DNA of 63,419 nt, counting the filler, from Guillardia theta CCMP2712 (lineage: Eukaryota > Protista > Cryptophyta): the NCBI RefSeq assembly GCF_000315625.1. It is 8 parts of 8 records of this genome, joined end to end, with 100 filler letters (N's around TTAATTAATTAA, not from the genome) between each part and the next. Parts side by side here need not be neighbours in the genome. Positions count along the whole stretch, not along the records: positions 1 to 4,331 come from NW_005434568.1; positions 4,432 to 13,537 come from NW_005434486.1; positions 13,638 to 18,753 come from NW_005434617.1; 5 more parts are not named here. The stretch is one strand, 5' to 3'. The translations under genes and the position numbers were made by a program. This document shows positions 1 to 17,999 of the stretch, piece by piece. Under the pieces are notes generated by a model. It worked only from the letters and a program-made list of their open reading frames with translations, was not told the DNA's origin and searched no databases. The stretch's first letter is position 1, and each line of letters begins with the position of its first letter.

Positions 1-4230
<4,230 letters not shown>

Positions 4231-4528
4231 CAATCCCCTCTCATTCACTCCTCCTCCTCCTCCTCCTCCTCCTCCTCCTCCTCCTCATCTGCCTCCTCTT
4301 CCTCCTGCTCCCCGTGCTTCCCTCCCTCCTCNNNNNNNNNNNNNNNNNNNNNNNNNNNNNNNNNNNNNNNNNNNNTTAATTAATTAANNNNNNNNNNNNN
4401 NNNNNNNNNNNNNNNNNNNNNNNNNNNNNNNCCTCCTCCTCGTCCTCTCCTACTCTCCTCCTCCTCCTCCTCCTCCTCCTCCTCCTCCTCCTCCTCCTCC
4501 TCCTCCTCCTCCTCCTCCTCCTCCTCAC

Positions 4529-5116
4529 CTGAGCAACGCTTAACTTAACCGATGCCTCTCCCATGGGCCCTGCCGCCCGCTTGGGAGGCTCTTTGAGCTT
4601 CACTCCGGAGCTCTCTGCGCTCCGCATCCTGACCTCCACCAACCCGCCAGCTCCATCCTCCCACTTCCCTTCCTCCGTCTTCTTGTATCCCTTGGGTACA
4701 GCGAACGACAGGGCTCCTTCCTTCCCCTCCTCCCCCAGGCCCGTCCGATCCGACTGGAAGCACAGCATCGACTGGCAACCGTCCTCCTCCACCACCGCTC
4801 CTTCTGCTCCCTGCTCTCCTGCCTCGTTCCCTCCTGTTACCCTCTTCCTCAGAGCCTCCATCATCCCCTCTGCATGCACTGGCCTTCCTGCCACGGCTCC
4901 TCCAAGCGCCAACCCCAGCCCGAACCCTACAGCTCTCCTCCGGTCCACCCGAGGTCCCGATGCTGAGGGATCTGCTTTCATAAGAATTGGTTGGAAGCAA
5001 AGCTTGGAGGAGGAGGAGGAGGAGAGGGAGGAGGAGTAGAATCCTCTTCCTCCGCCTTCAGCCATCGAAGGGGCTGCCATGGCTGCGAGGGCCGCTATGG
5101 CCAAGTAATGTGCCAT
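4529..5116 (-). CDS. First exon of a plastid thylakoid-lumen protein, possibly PsbP-like
   Basis: MAHYLAIAALAAMAAPSMAEG signal peptide, then a Ser-rich transit region, a twin-arginine motif (VDRRRAVGFGLGLALGGAVAGRPVHA) with an AxA-type cleavage site, and LSFAVPKGY resembling the PsbP start. A GT donor follows at ~4528. Confidence 0.55.
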
Positions 5117-5572
5117 GGAATGGAGCGTAATAATAATTTGAGAAATACTTTCAACTTGACTTCTCATATTTCAAGATTTCCTCACAAAAAAGTTCAGATT
5201 CTATCAACAATTTAAGCTTCAAGTTTATTTGAATTTTTGTATGTAAATTTCAAAAATGGATATTTGTTTTGGGCCGGAACAGGAAATATGAATCGCTGAG
5301 GCGGGTCAGTTGCACTATCGGGGAATGTGTGTTTGTTGCGAGTGAGGGTGAGTCGGAAAGAAGGTGGGTAGGGGGTACTTACTTAGGGGTACTTTAACTG
5401 GTTTGATTATGGGTGATTTTGATTAAGAGGGGGTACATCAGCAAATTGAGGGGTGGGGGTGGTAGAGGGGGCCATGGCGAGATGGGATAGGATAACGGGA
5501 GAGGGAGGAGGGAGAGGAGGAGGAGGGAGGAGGGAGGAGAGTGAGGAGAGGGAAGCAAAGAGCAAGACCGAT

Positions 5573-6915
5573 GCTGATGCTCATGAACACTCCTGGTCGA
5601 CAAGAGAGTGCAGAGGCCCCTCGTTGGTACAGGGCTGCGACGGAGGAGTCAAGGTGTGTGGGAGAAGGATCCTGGACAAGAAGCAGCATAGAGCAAGTCT
5701 GCTCCTCACCTTCTTCGTCTTCATACTTACCATGGCGCACTTGGATCCATGCTCTGCCTTGTCGCTTCCCGACATGCCCAGCGTTCTGATCGGAAAGGCT
5801 GATGACAAGCCCTTCCAGCAGCACATGCTGCTTGCTCCTACGATCGCTGGAGGGATCGCGACAGCGGTAGGTGACCTTGCGCTTCATCCCATCGATACCA
5901 TCAAGACTGTTCAGCAATCGTAAGCTTGCATTGATGCCTCCTGCCTCCTCACGCGCATGTTGCAGTGCCGCGGCTGGAAGCCCGAGCGCTAGTATCTTCG
6001 GCGCATGCTCAAAGATCATGCGGGAAGGAGGAGGACTGGGCGGCTTCTACGCTGGAGTGGGTCCGTACGTGACGTTCGACAGCCTGGCAGGATGCGTGAA
6101 GTTCGCAGCGTACGAAGTCTGCAAGACCATCGCGGACCAGCATGTCGACGAGAACCTGAAACCTTTCACTCACTTCCTGTCTGCTGCCGTCGCCTTCATC
6201 GCCTGCTCTGTCGTCCTCGTCCCTGGGGAGCTGATGAAGCAGCAGCTGCAGGCGGGCATGTACCGCTCTGTGCGCGCGTGCGCTGCGGGGATCCTGAAGA
6301 AGAATGGCCCGCGCGGTTTCTTCCAGGTAAGGGGAGCATGAGTCGAGAGGGGAAGAGGAAGGGGGGGGCAGGAGGAGCAGGAGCGGGACAGGAGGCGGGA
6401 GAATTGGAAGGAAAGGAGAAAAAGAGTCGTGGGAATGGAACGGAGGAGGAGCGAAATGAGGCAGGCAGGCAGGGAGCAGGAAAGGGAAAGAGGAGCAGGA
6501 GCAGGAAGAGGAGGATAGCAAGAGGTAGGAGGCTTGAAGGGAAAGGAGAGAGGGGACGTGGGAAGGGAACGGAGGAGAAACAAAATGAGGCAGGCAGGCA
6601 GGCATGAAGGGAGCAGGAGGGGGAGGGGAGGAGGTGGAAAGGAGGGAGGTGGAAACTTACTAGACCAGGTTGAGCTCTTTGACTTTGTATCCTTAGGGTT
6701 ACAAGGCGACAGTCGTGAGAGACGTTCCTTACACGATGCTGGAGCTTGGACTCTATGACAACATCAAGTCGTTGATCAGCCACTTTCGGAAGAAGGAGGT
6801 GAGAGGAGGAGGAGGGGGAGGAGGGGGAGGGGGAGGAGCAGGAGCAGGAGCAGGAGGAGCAGGAGGGGCAGGAGGGGCAAGGGTAGAAGAGCGGGGGTAG
6901 TAGCCCAAGAAGAAT

Positions 6916-6956
<41 letters not shown>

Positions 6957-7504
6957 GCTGACCAAGTGTCACAGGGGAACGCGAACAGCAAGGTTGACGA
7001 CGTGCTGGCAGCAGCTGTAAGTCCAGCTGTTCTCCTGCTCGGGGGCAAGGGATGAAAAGTTTGCGCGCAGGCCGTGGGGGGCATAACAGGATGGATCACG
7101 AACCCTCTGGACATCATCAAGACTAGGATGATGACGAGTGGAAGGTGGTGGGGGTAGTGTCGGAGGCCTCCGGTCTGAGTAGTTGGGCAGCGCTGCTCCC
7201 AGGGTGAAGACGGTCGTCATGGACATTATCAAGAAGGACGGGCCGAGGTGATGGGGAGGGGCAGGGGGGGAGAGCAAAGCAGAGAGGAGGAGGAGAGGGG
7301 ATGGAGGAGGAGGAGGAGGAGGAGAAGGAGAGGGGATGGAGGAGGAGGAGGAGGGAGATGAGGGGAGGTTGGAGGTGAGAAGTTCGGGAGTGAAGAGGAA
7401 GTTGAGGAGTGCGCAAAGGAGCATAGAAGGAGATCAGTGCGAAGGGTGTGTGAGAGAAGAATGATCGGAGGAGGTGCACGAGGAGGAGCATGAGGAAGAG
7501 CAGG

Positions 7505-7591
<87 letters not shown>

Positions 7592-7770
7592 GTAGTCGAT
7601 GAGGAATTTTTATCCTTGTGATCACAGTGGACTGATCGTTCTCTTGTTTCCTCAGAACATTCTTTGCCGGGAGTATCGCGAGGGTTTCCTGGTTGATGCC
7701 TTTCACTGCCATCTACCTTCCAACCTACGATCTTGTCAAGAGTGCGATCAAGGAGAAGATGCAAGATTGA
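5573..7770 (+). CDS. Mitochondrial carrier family (SLC25) protein, SAM-carrier-like, multi-exon; start uncertain
   Basis: Three Px[DE]xx[KR] signatures (HPIDTIKT, VPGELMKQ, NPLDIIKTR), plus GFYAG and VRDVPYTMLELGLYD. Last exon ends AIKEKMQD* at 7770. Confidence 0.85.
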
Positions 7771-8154
7771 CGCAAGATAAACACTTGAACTTCCAGTCTG
7801 ATCCCCTGACTTCTTTGCACCGCTGTCATGCCGTCTCCCGTATCATATCATCGCTCTCCTCTCCTCTCCTCTCCTCTCCTCTCCTCTCCTCTCCTCTGCT
7901 CTGCTCTGCTCTGCTCTGCTCTGCTCTGCTCTGCTCTGCTCTGCTCTGCTCTGCTCTCCTCTTCTCCCATCCCATCCCACCTAATGTTGCAGTGCGTGAC
8001 GAGGAGATGTTGTCTCCATTCTCGGACATTACAAGCTCAGTCATTCAATCTTTATCTTATGTACACCAACAAGTCTGTCAGAGGCATTGATATGTTAACA
8101 ACGGTTCGGACCACGACATCTTGAACGAGAAAACTCATCATGCACATCTTGCTA

Positions 8155-9418
8155 TCATACAAACTGAACATCATCGAACGGGTCAGCCCCCGAGTAGCAT
8201 CTCGACAAGACTGTCATGCTCTTCCTCTGCTGCTCTATCAGCTGCTGAATCACAACATCTGAGAAATCTTCGGCACGGTACTCGGACCTCGTCTCCTCCA
8301 CCAGCGCGCCGTCGTTGACGTCATACTGCATGCAAGTCAGAACAGAGTTCAGCTCAACCCCACCTCCTGCCCACCTGAGACGACAGCTTCTCCGCACTCC
8401 CCAGACTCACAAGCGACCGATCGCGTACCATCCTTGAGTTGAGCATGGCGTTGGTGCGAGAAGGAGAGGGCGTGCGGGAAAGGTTCGAGACTGAAGGGCT
8501 GCGAGATAACCTTGAAGGGGAAGGAGAGCGAGAGGACAGGAGAGGGGAGGAAGGCATGAAGGAAGGGGAAGGAGGAGACTGGGACAAGCTTGCTGATCGC
8601 TTTTCCCTCCTTGGGAGGCGATGGCGCGGCTCGACGCTGCCCTCACTTCCGCTCGAAGCATCCTGATCGTTCTCATCCACCTTGTCCTCCAGCTTCGTCT
8701 GGCTGGGTGACCTGCTGTATGAGCCCCTGGGTCGAGCCACAGCCGCGTCGCTGTCCCTCGTATTCACCCGGAGCCTCCTTGTTTTCTCCTTGAATTTGGG
8801 TTCGCTTGCACCTGAGGAGGAGGACAGAGAAGTGTTGGACGGGCTGCGGCTCATGTTCAGCTCCGGCAGGATCAAGGTTCTCTCAGCCGACACTGGCTCT
8901 CTGGGAGCAGCCTGGACGGGGCTGGAGGGCCTGCTCAACTTGGAGAAGTAAGAGTGCTGAGAGCGGGAAGGAGCGAGCTTCGTGAGGTTCTTCGTGTCCT
9001 GCTGATTCCTTTCAGCTGAGCGCGACCTGAGTCGACGTTGCTGCTGTTCTCCCTCCACCACTCGGATCGGCGCGAGCTTGAGAGTCGACATGTCTTGAAC
9101 GAATCGATCCTCAATGAGCTTGGCGCTTGCGATGTCTCCCCGAATCTTCTGCACTGGCGAAGTTCTCCTCCTGGTCTTACCCTGACCAGCCTCTGTCGAC
9201 CTCCCTCTCACAGGTACATCGTCCTCCAGTCGCCGTGTGATCTTCACAGGAGCCTGATTCGGATCCATCTCTTCCAAGCACTCGAAATCGTTTTCCATCT
9301 CCTTCATACTGGTGATGTTTGTTGTCGCTAGAACTCTTAGTCTAGAGAACGAGAGACCTGAAAAGCTACTCGTGAGGATCTTTAAGGATTTGAAATGGAT
9401 GGTCGTCAATTCTGACAT
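8155..9418 (-). CDS. Ser/Arg/Pro-rich hypothetical protein, multi-exon
   Basis: 354-aa non-microsatellite ORF (8354-9418) plus a downstream coding-like exon. No recognised domain. Confidence 0.5.
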
Positions 9419-11566
9419 ATTTCTTCAAAGGTCCTCTGCTTTCCTCGCGATTGTTCCTCTACACTTCGCCTTGATGCCTTTCCTGGTCCAGCCCCTCTTT
9501 CGCATCATCCTCCATGCTTCAGTCTCTCATATAATCTTCTATGGCTCAATCCTGCCCTCTCTCCCCTCCTCTATCTTTCCCTCCCATCACTTCCAATCTC
9601 ATTTGCTTTCCTTCACACCCCCTCCTCCACGCATCTCCTCAGGCAGCTAAGTCTCTATCCCCTCCCTGTAGCGACTCTCCTACTTGCTCTCACAACAACT
9701 TTCTCTGCTCGCATCCTCCTCTCTCCGCCTCTCTCCTCCTCCTCTCCGCCTCTCCTCTTCCCATGACCATGGACGATGTGCCCCTGCATGGCTTCTTTCA
9801 GAATGGCGGCCCTTCTGCTCTGCTCAAATACCCTGTTTTTACTACCCTACCCCCTTGTGAACGACCCCTTCCTTCTACCCACCCCTTGACCTACATATTT
9901 CAGTCAAAGAACCCGTACTTTTATATCCCTACCCTCATTTCGCCTGGGACCTCAGTCGTGTAATCTTGAGGCAAAAATAACCCTACTGAGCGAAGCACCC
10001 CACCCCTCTGAGAGTTCACTGAAAGATGACCACCCCAAACAAGGAATACCCCCTTCACCCCCACCCCCTCAAAATCCTTATTCAAACCCCTTCATTCTCC
10101 TAAGTCAATTCATAATTTGCTTGTCATTGGTTGGTCCACCCTACCCCCTCACACACCGCCTTCAGCCTAACTGACCTCCCCCCCAGTCACAAGGAGTACC
10201 CCTACCCCGATGGAAGTTCGGTCCACCGCTGACGGGGGGTGGGTTACCCCTACCCCCAATTCCACACATAATGTACCCACCTTTTACCAGTACTTTGCAC
10301 CCTCGTAGAAACTTTTGCCCACAACCCCCCCCCCCCTTTATCCAGCGTGGTTCCGCCAGCAGTCAGCATGATGTAGTAAAGAAGTTGTTGCGGACCCACC
10401 ACAGCTGCTGCTGACTGTAAAATGATACACAGTACCTAGAAGAAACAGTCAAATTGAGGGTAGGGTCATAGGGTAAGGACCCCACCCATCTCCTGGTCAC
10501 CAAAATTTCGTGTAAGCCGAACGAACTCTTGTTCAATCTTTCATTCCGACCTATTGATGCCGAAAGGGGCAGAAGTCGTGACCGTTTTGTCAGCAGCCCG
10601 CGTGACTCGGTCAAAGAGTCACTTTCCGTGCTCAAAGGCTTACAGTACTACCTCCAATATGACTAACCGAAGATAATACGGCCCTCCGGTCACCTCATAC
10701 TCCGGCGGCGGCCCGGGGGCCGGTCGGGCGGCGGGGCCCGACGGGGCCGGGCCGCCGGTTGCCCGGCGGCGCGGGCCCGCCCGGCCGCCCGGCCGGTATA
10801 TCATATCCGATCGGAGCTTTACTAAGTTACAGGTACTTTTCTCTATAATAATCATGAGTGACTGCGCAGTGCGTCTGCGGCTCGCACCCTTGCCAGGCTG
10901 CAACGGTGACAGGACTCCGGGACGGTTCAATGGGCTGCACCCTTAGTCGGAGCCCGGCGGCCTCCTTATCATCCGAGTCTCTTGCCGCTGCACACACTTA
11001 GCATACTATGATAAACTTCAGGCTTGATGCAGCCAGCGTGAGACTCGGTTCCGAGTGCCTAGTAGTAAGTTGACTCACTGGTAACTGATGGAACGTATGC
11101 CAGCCGTGCCAGTCAGATAGCGCCGAGTTAACAAAAACTCTCCTGTAAACCAAGACGACTTACGTGTTTTGCGAGGCGGCCAATGTAGCGTGTGTGGACG
11201 AAGAGGGGGCTTTCCTAGCCGTCTTGCTAAGGTCCTCTCATGTCTGGATGCTTGGGTTTCACATCCTAGCATACAGTCTATCTCTCATGTGAGTCCTCAA
11301 TTCTGGATTTGTGTGCATTAAACTCGGTCTTGAGCAAAAACTGTCTTGTTACAACTAAAGTCGATGTGATATCTGCGTGACTTTGGACTAGTACAAGTCT
11401 AACAAACTTGTATTCCGTCAGTAACTAACGGTTGACTCACTGGTAACTAAGTCACTGGTAACTATTGAGGCTCACTCATCAGCCGCGCCGCACCTTCGCA
11501 GTCAATCGGTTACGATTCAGTTACTTGGTGGTTACGATTGCGTAACGATCGAGGATCGAATAAACA

Positions 11567-12269
11567 ATGCTGGCCGCTAGAGGGTTGCGACTGTTGCACA
11601 AGGTAGGAGGAGGAGGAGGAGGAGGAGGAGGAGCATTAAGACGATCAGGAAGAGGAGGAGAAGGAAGGGCAGTGGCTGCAGCCCGTCAGAGCATGCGCTC
11701 AATGGTGTCTAGCAGCGAGAGGATGGCGGGAGGGGCTGTGCCCCTCGTGGGATTGAAGGGATGCAGAGCAACGATCCCTCATGCACGGGCTAGCATGATC
11801 CGCCCTGTCGTCTGCAGGATGGGACTGCAGCATGATGGATACCTCGGTGACCGCAGCTTCTCGAAGAAGGCCAAGAAGGGCAAGGCGGCAACGGAAGAGG
11901 AGGAGGAGGTGGAGGAGGTGGACATCTCCAACTTGGTGGGGGAGATGGAGGAGGGGCTTAACGCCATCATGGATAACTACGACAAGGAGCTTGCTGTCAT
12001 CAAGACAGGACGGGCTGATCCGAGGATCCTCGACAAGGTGCGAGTGAAGGCATACGACGATGCCGAGGTACAGCTCGTTACCGTTGCGCAAGTCTCTGCC
12101 CCGGACCCCCGGACCCTGCTGGTCAATGTCTTCGACCCCAACATCGTGTCCATGGTGGACAAGGCGATCCGAGGAGCGGGGCTTGACCTGAACCCCACGG
12201 TAAGGAGGAGGAGGAGGAGGAGGAGGAGGAGGAGGAGGAGATATGGGCAGAATGATGGGAGGCAGTGAC

Positions 12270-12324
<55 letters not shown>

Positions 12325-13335
12325 ATCGAGCCTTTTATAGGGAGGGAAACAGAGGAACAGAAGGAGGGAAAGTGAGGGAGGGAATGGCATGGAGTGAGGG
12401 CTGGAGGCGGGGCGGGTGGGAAGGAAGAGGAGTGGGGTAGAGGAGGATTGGAAGGGAGTTGGGGAGGAGAACGAGGAGGAGGAGGAAGAAGAGGAGAAAG
12501 ATGAGGAGGAGCAGGGAAGGAGAACGAGGAGGAAGAAGAGGAGAAGGATAAGGGGGAGGGGAGGGGGAGGAGGAGGAAGCGAGGGAGGGTGCCTGTCAGG
12601 TTCATTCAGTGACTTTGTTGTTCTACAGATCTCCGGGTCGCAGATTAAAGTTCCCATCCCCAAGGTGACGCAGGAGGGCAGAAAGAAGCTGATGAAGCAT
12701 GCTTCCTCGCTCGCTGAGCAGACTAAGGTCTGGATCAATCATTTTCCTCCTCCTCCTTCCTCCTCCTCCTCCTCCTTCCTCCTCCTCCTCCTGCTCCTGC
12801 ACCTGCACCTGCACCTGCACCTGTTCCAACACCCCCTCCTCCTCCTTCCTCTTCTCCTCTCTTCCTCCTCCACTTCAACTTACAAGACTGTAGATCGCCA
12901 TCAGGAGGGCTCGGCAGCATTGCATGGACCAGATCAAGAAGATCGAGATGTCCAAAGACGATCTTAAGAAGGAGGAGAAGGAAATTCAGGTCCTCCTTGC
13001 CCCTGCCTCTGCTCTTGCATGCTTGTCCCCACTTGTCAATGCTGATCCTCCTACTCGTCCTCTTCCTCTTCCTCCTCCACTCCCCTCCACTCCCCTCTGC
13101 TTCCCATCACTCTGCTCCCCTCCTCTCCCCTCCTCTCACTCTGCTCCACTCCTCTCCCCTCCTTTCCCCTCCTCTCCACTCCTCTCCCCTCCTCTCCCCT
13201 CCCCCCCCTCCTCTCCTCTTCTCTACTCTCCTCACTTCTTCTCCTCTCTTACTTATCTCTCAGATTCTTGTCGACAAGTACATCAAGCTGATCGAAGACA
13301 AGCTGCAAGCCAAGCAGACCATCTTGTCGGAGTAA
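11567..13335 (+). CDS. frr: Ribosome recycling factor, organellar (probably mitochondrial), 4 exons
   Basis: Arg-rich presequence, then KTGRADPRILDKVRV, VAQVSAPDPRTLLVNVFDP, AIRGAGLDLNP, IKVPIPKVTQEGRKKL, IAIRRARQ and ILVDKYIKLIEDKLQAK, all matching RRF. Confidence 0.92.
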
Positions 13336-16300
13336 TGACCAAAATCATAAGGATGCACTGGAAACAACATGTTGCACGAGATCAAAACATGTACAAGATG
13401 TCGTGAAACAAGTTACAGTAACATGTCAACTGCTATGACATGTTATCGCATCGCATCGTGACAGTCTGAACTACATGACCTGCATCAGGCGCAAGAATGA
13501 ATAGTGAACAACAACATTGATGACTTGTCTTTATTTANNNNNNNNNNNNNNNNNNNNNNNNNNNNNNNNNNNNNNNNNNNNTTAATTAATTAANNNNNNN
13601 NNNNNNNNNNNNNNNNNNNNNNNNNNNNNNNNNNNNNCTCCTGCAGGTTCTGCTGCCTCCTCCTACAGTACACGTGGGCACTGACAATGGGCTGACAGTG
13701 GGGGTACGACCGGCTGGTCCAAGGGAAGAGGAAGGAGAAGAAGAAGGGAAAGGGGAAGAAAAAGGGGGGCAAAGGGAAGGGAAAACAGGAAGAGCTCTAA
13801 ACTTGTCGACGTTAGTGTACCGATACTCCTTCCCTTTACAATTTCCTCTCCTCCCCCACTCCACCCCTACTCATCTCCTCCCACAGGGTCAGCAGCACAG
13901 GACAAGACTTTACGCTTCCCCGCTCCTCGCTCAGTCCTCCTCCTCACCCGTGATCCTCAAGCTGGTTCGAGGGAGTTTCAGCAAGAGCCCCCACAGACGA
14001 GCATGGAAGCCTCACATGATCTTGTCCAGCAGGCCTTCCAGCATCTCAGTCGTCTCGATCAGCTCGGCCTGCCGGGCTGTAAGCGCTACAGGGAGCGAGG
14101 ACGCGCGATCTTCTTGCCTCTTTCCGCTCGTTGTCCTCATGAAACGCGATCTCCGTTCTACCTGCTCGTCCCATGAACNNNNNNNNNNNNNNNNNNNNNN
14201 NNNNNNNNNNNNNNNNNNNNNNNNNNNNNNNNNNNNNNNNNNNNNNNNNNNNNNNNNNNNNNNNNNNNNNNNNNNNNNNNNNNNNNNNNNNNNNNNNNNN
14301 NNNNNNNNNNNNNNNNNNNNNNNNNNNNNNNNNNNNNNNNNNNNNNNNNNNNNNNNNNNNNNNNNNNNNNNNNNNNNNNNNNNNNNNNNNNNCCTCCTCC
14401 TCCTCCTCCTCCTCCTCCTCTTCGTCGCTTCCTCCTCCTCCTCCTCCTCCTCCTCCTCCTCCTTCGTCGCTTCCTCCTCCTCCTCCCTCCTCCTCTTCGT
14501 GCTTCCTCCTCCTCCTCCTCATGTCGCTTCCTCCTCCTCCTCCTCTTGTGCTTCCTCCTCCTTCCCCTCCTTCCCTCTCCCTCCATGCGCCTGCTCACCT
14601 TGAGCCAGCAAAACTCTGAAGTTTGCTAACCTCAACCGAGTGTCTGGATCCTCCGCGATCGCACTGGGCCAACATTATCCATCCTCCCTCTCCCATCCCC
14701 GCACTCACCTCGGGGCTCGAGCCCAGGAGCATCTCCTCCTCCATTCTGCTTCCAGCACTCAGGACAAGAGGCAGGAGGAGGGGCAGAGAGTCACCTGAAC
14801 GCTTTGTGCTCGTCTGCCGTCGTCGCATGCTCGCTGGCGTTCACTGCGAGAGCCGCCTCAGTGGAGGGCAGGGAGGGAGGGAGTGTGGAGGGAGAGAGGG
14901 AGGGAGGGAGGGAGGTAGGGACAAACGGAGGAGGGACGAACCAGCATCGGGAGCCGAGCACTGCAGCCTCTTTGCCTTCTCTATCGAGGCCTCCCTCCGG
15001 AGTTTGCGCGCATAGCGATGGCTGGCTGCAGCGTCAGGGGCGTCGGTGCCCACCAGAGGGCCCAGCTGACCTTGAGCCCGAAAACTTCTGCACGTCCTCG
15101 AGCGGGTGCTGATCTCCCACGCTCTCCTCCCTGTCGCTCCCCGTCGGGCTCTTCGTGCCCCCCGTCACTCGCCTCCAACCCCCCCACCCTTCCCTCCCTC
15201 CACCTGCATCAAGCCATCCTCCCCCAGCAGCAGCTCAACCTCCAGGTTCCTGCAGGGAAGGCAGTCAGGGCGGTCGCTACCCCGCATGGCCGGCTGCATC
15301 ACTTGAAGAACTCATGGTCCTCTCGCGTCTGGGTCGGAGAGCTCGCTACTCTCATCGTCATCCACACCCGGCAGTAGAGCATACGCCTACCTTCCTCAAG
15401 CTCCTGCGCCTCCCGCTTCGAGTTCTCTCTGCGGAGCTTCCTGCTGAACCTTGAACTGCAACTCCACGTGAGGAAGGGAATAGAAACGAGCACCGTCCAC
15501 CTAGACCCTTTGAAGTCATGGATGACCTGCTCCTGCATCGCAATTCAAACATGCCGCGAGCCGCTGGATCCCTGTTTGTACCTGATTAGGTGAATCCATT
15601 GCCTCGGCCAGCATTTGACGTCCTGCCTCCTCGAAGTTTGCTGCTTCAACCAATCAACTTCGTGGCCATATCAATTATTCCGAGCTCGGGGCGCGAGGAA
15701 AACAGTACAGAAGGGATAAACGGAACCACTATGAAGTTCTGCACATTGCAATAGCGTCGTTCTAGCCAAAAAAAATCCACAAAAACTTTCAAAACTCAAC
15801 ATCTACATCAGGTAGAGACTCAACGCTTCCATCTGCTGCTTCATCTTCATCATCCTGCATCATGAAGCACCGCCGTCTCCAACCCTCCTCCCTCCTCCCT
15901 CCTCCCTCCTCCTCCTCGGAGTTATCCTACAAAAACTGTAAAACGTTTTAAAGTTACTGGAGTGCATTTGTAAATGCATACAGTATGTTTGTACGACATC
16001 ACAATCGCTGTATGGGAATACTTCATAAAATGGTTTTTAAAAGAGTACCACTCCCCAAGGCATCATAAGGTCAGACTTTTAAAACGAAAAACGGCACCCA
16101 CGAAACCACCAGGAAGCAGACATTGAAGTAGGAGAGAGGAGGGACGGAGGGACGGAGGGACGGAGGGACGGAGGGGGAAGGAACGGAGGGAGGGACGGAC
16201 GGACGGACGGAGGTACGGGGGGGAGGGGGGGGGTTACGGACAGAGAAGAAAGATGCAGTTGATTGTGGATTTTCATCCGTTTGGAGGAGATTGTAGATGC

Positions 16301-16340
16301 AGAAACGACATGGTGTTGCTGTCTGACTTGTTGCTGAAGG

Positions 16341-17106
16341 ATGTCAGACGAATGTCCGATCTGCATGGAAAACTTGAGCGATTCGATGGCTGTTGGGCTG
16401 CTAGCCTGCTGTTCCAACTCACGTTTCTGTGCCGACTGCATCGTCAAGTGGGGGAAGGAAAGGGACAACCGCTGCCCCATGTGCCGCGGCGATTTCTTCG
16501 AGGTCGTGTGCATGAAGGGGACGAGCTGCTGGACAGTGAAGATCTCGAGGAGAAAGGAGCGGAAGGAGCTCTCCGAGGACAGCGAGGAGGATGCCGTGAA
16601 CAACTCGAGCTGCTGCCTGTGCGAGCGGATGATCTACGACTGTAGAGGAGGGATGCTGGTGGAGTGTGATGAGTGTCAACGGGACTTCTGCCTCGATTGC
16701 CTGGGCCTCGAAGACAGCACGAGCCTCCCGGAAGGAGATTGGTTCTGCGGCTCCTGTGAGAGGGAAGGAACGAGGAGGAGGGGGGCAGACAGGAGGGCTG
16801 AAGGAGGGCAGCTTGACGCGAACGACGCTGCGGAGGAGGAGAACAACGCTGAAATCAGTCAGGCTACCTTAATAGGCGGTGGGAATGGAGGGGAGGGGAG
16901 GAGCAGAGACAGCGAGCAACAGAGAGCAAGAACCGAGAGGAGAAGGGAGGAGCAGCAGCAGGAGCCCTCAAGGATGAGTCAGAACCCGAGCGTGTCGGTC
17001 GGAGCACGCAGTCAGGTGCTACTGCCAGGAGGAGGGAGAAGTTCTGACGCTGATTCACAGGCCTGTCTCAGTAGGATAAGATTGAGGAGGCAAAGTGTGA
17101 CGCAGT

Positions 17107-17151
<45 letters not shown>

Positions 17152-17999
17152 TGCGGGGAGAGGACAGGATGCAAGGAGGTCCAAGCATGAAGCAATGGGA
17201 GTGCATGGCTTCCGAGGAAAACATCATGAAGCTGTTTGCTGAGGCGGATGAGTTGCAACGGGGGAAGAAGGAGTCGGTACAGACTCTCGGAGGACGGGAG
17301 GGTTCTGATTCTACTCGACAGGAGGCAAAGAGGATGGAGGAGGAAGTGGCAAGAAAGAGACAAGAGAAGGAGCAGTGGAGGAAGTGGAGGGATCATTATT
17401 CCGCGTCCCCCCTGGCGAGCTCTTCTGCCGCTCCTCTAGCTCGCGGCAGCTCCTCTCGCCAGGCTCAGAGCTCCGTCTCCCCTCTTGCTCGTTCTTCCTC
17501 TCCTGTGAGGAAGGGAGGGGTCGTCCAGCATCCTCCCGGCCTTGGATACGCGGGGATGGTAAGGAAGGGAGGCAGCGGAGGAGGCAGCGGAGCTGCTGCT
17601 TGCTCGCCCTCCCCCAGCGCGTCCCTGCCTTCAATCCCAAAGAGGAAGACAACGGAAGCAGGTCATCGAAGCCCTCCAGCTCGCTGCTCCCCGCTCCTCT
17701 GCCCGCAGGATGTTTCCTCCTCTTCCCACCATCTCCCTCCTCCTGTGTTGTCGACCAGCAGTTTGCACGAGGAGAGAGGAGCCCCTGCTGGTCACTGGGA
17801 GGCGGAGGAGGAGGCGAGGAGGAAGAGGAGGAAGACAGAGAGAGAGGGAGGCAGTGGATCGTCGTCGATGAGGTCGAGGGGGGAGGGGGGAGGATGGACC
17901 GCGTCGAGGGGAGAGGAGCAGTGCTCGCAGCAGGAGAGGAGAGAATCTGCGGGAGGAAGAAGCGACATGCATTCTTCGAGGATGCTGCAGAGGCAATGA
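16341..17999 (+). CDS. RING-finger + PHD-finger protein (PHRF1-like architecture)
   Basis: RING-type CPIC...FCADCIVKW...RCPMCR, then PHD-type CCLC...MLVECDEC...FCLDCLG...LPEGDWFCGSC, then a low-complexity tail. Confidence 0.85.

Noticed and set aside
4376-4387. Recurrent TTAATTAATTAA motif as a biological site
   Set aside because: It is always embedded in N-runs, so it is an assembly linker. Adjacency of blocks across it is not guaranteed.
13637-15865. Possible minus-strand multi-exon gene
   Set aside because: There are coding-like patches, but I could not assemble a consistent frame or recognise a product.
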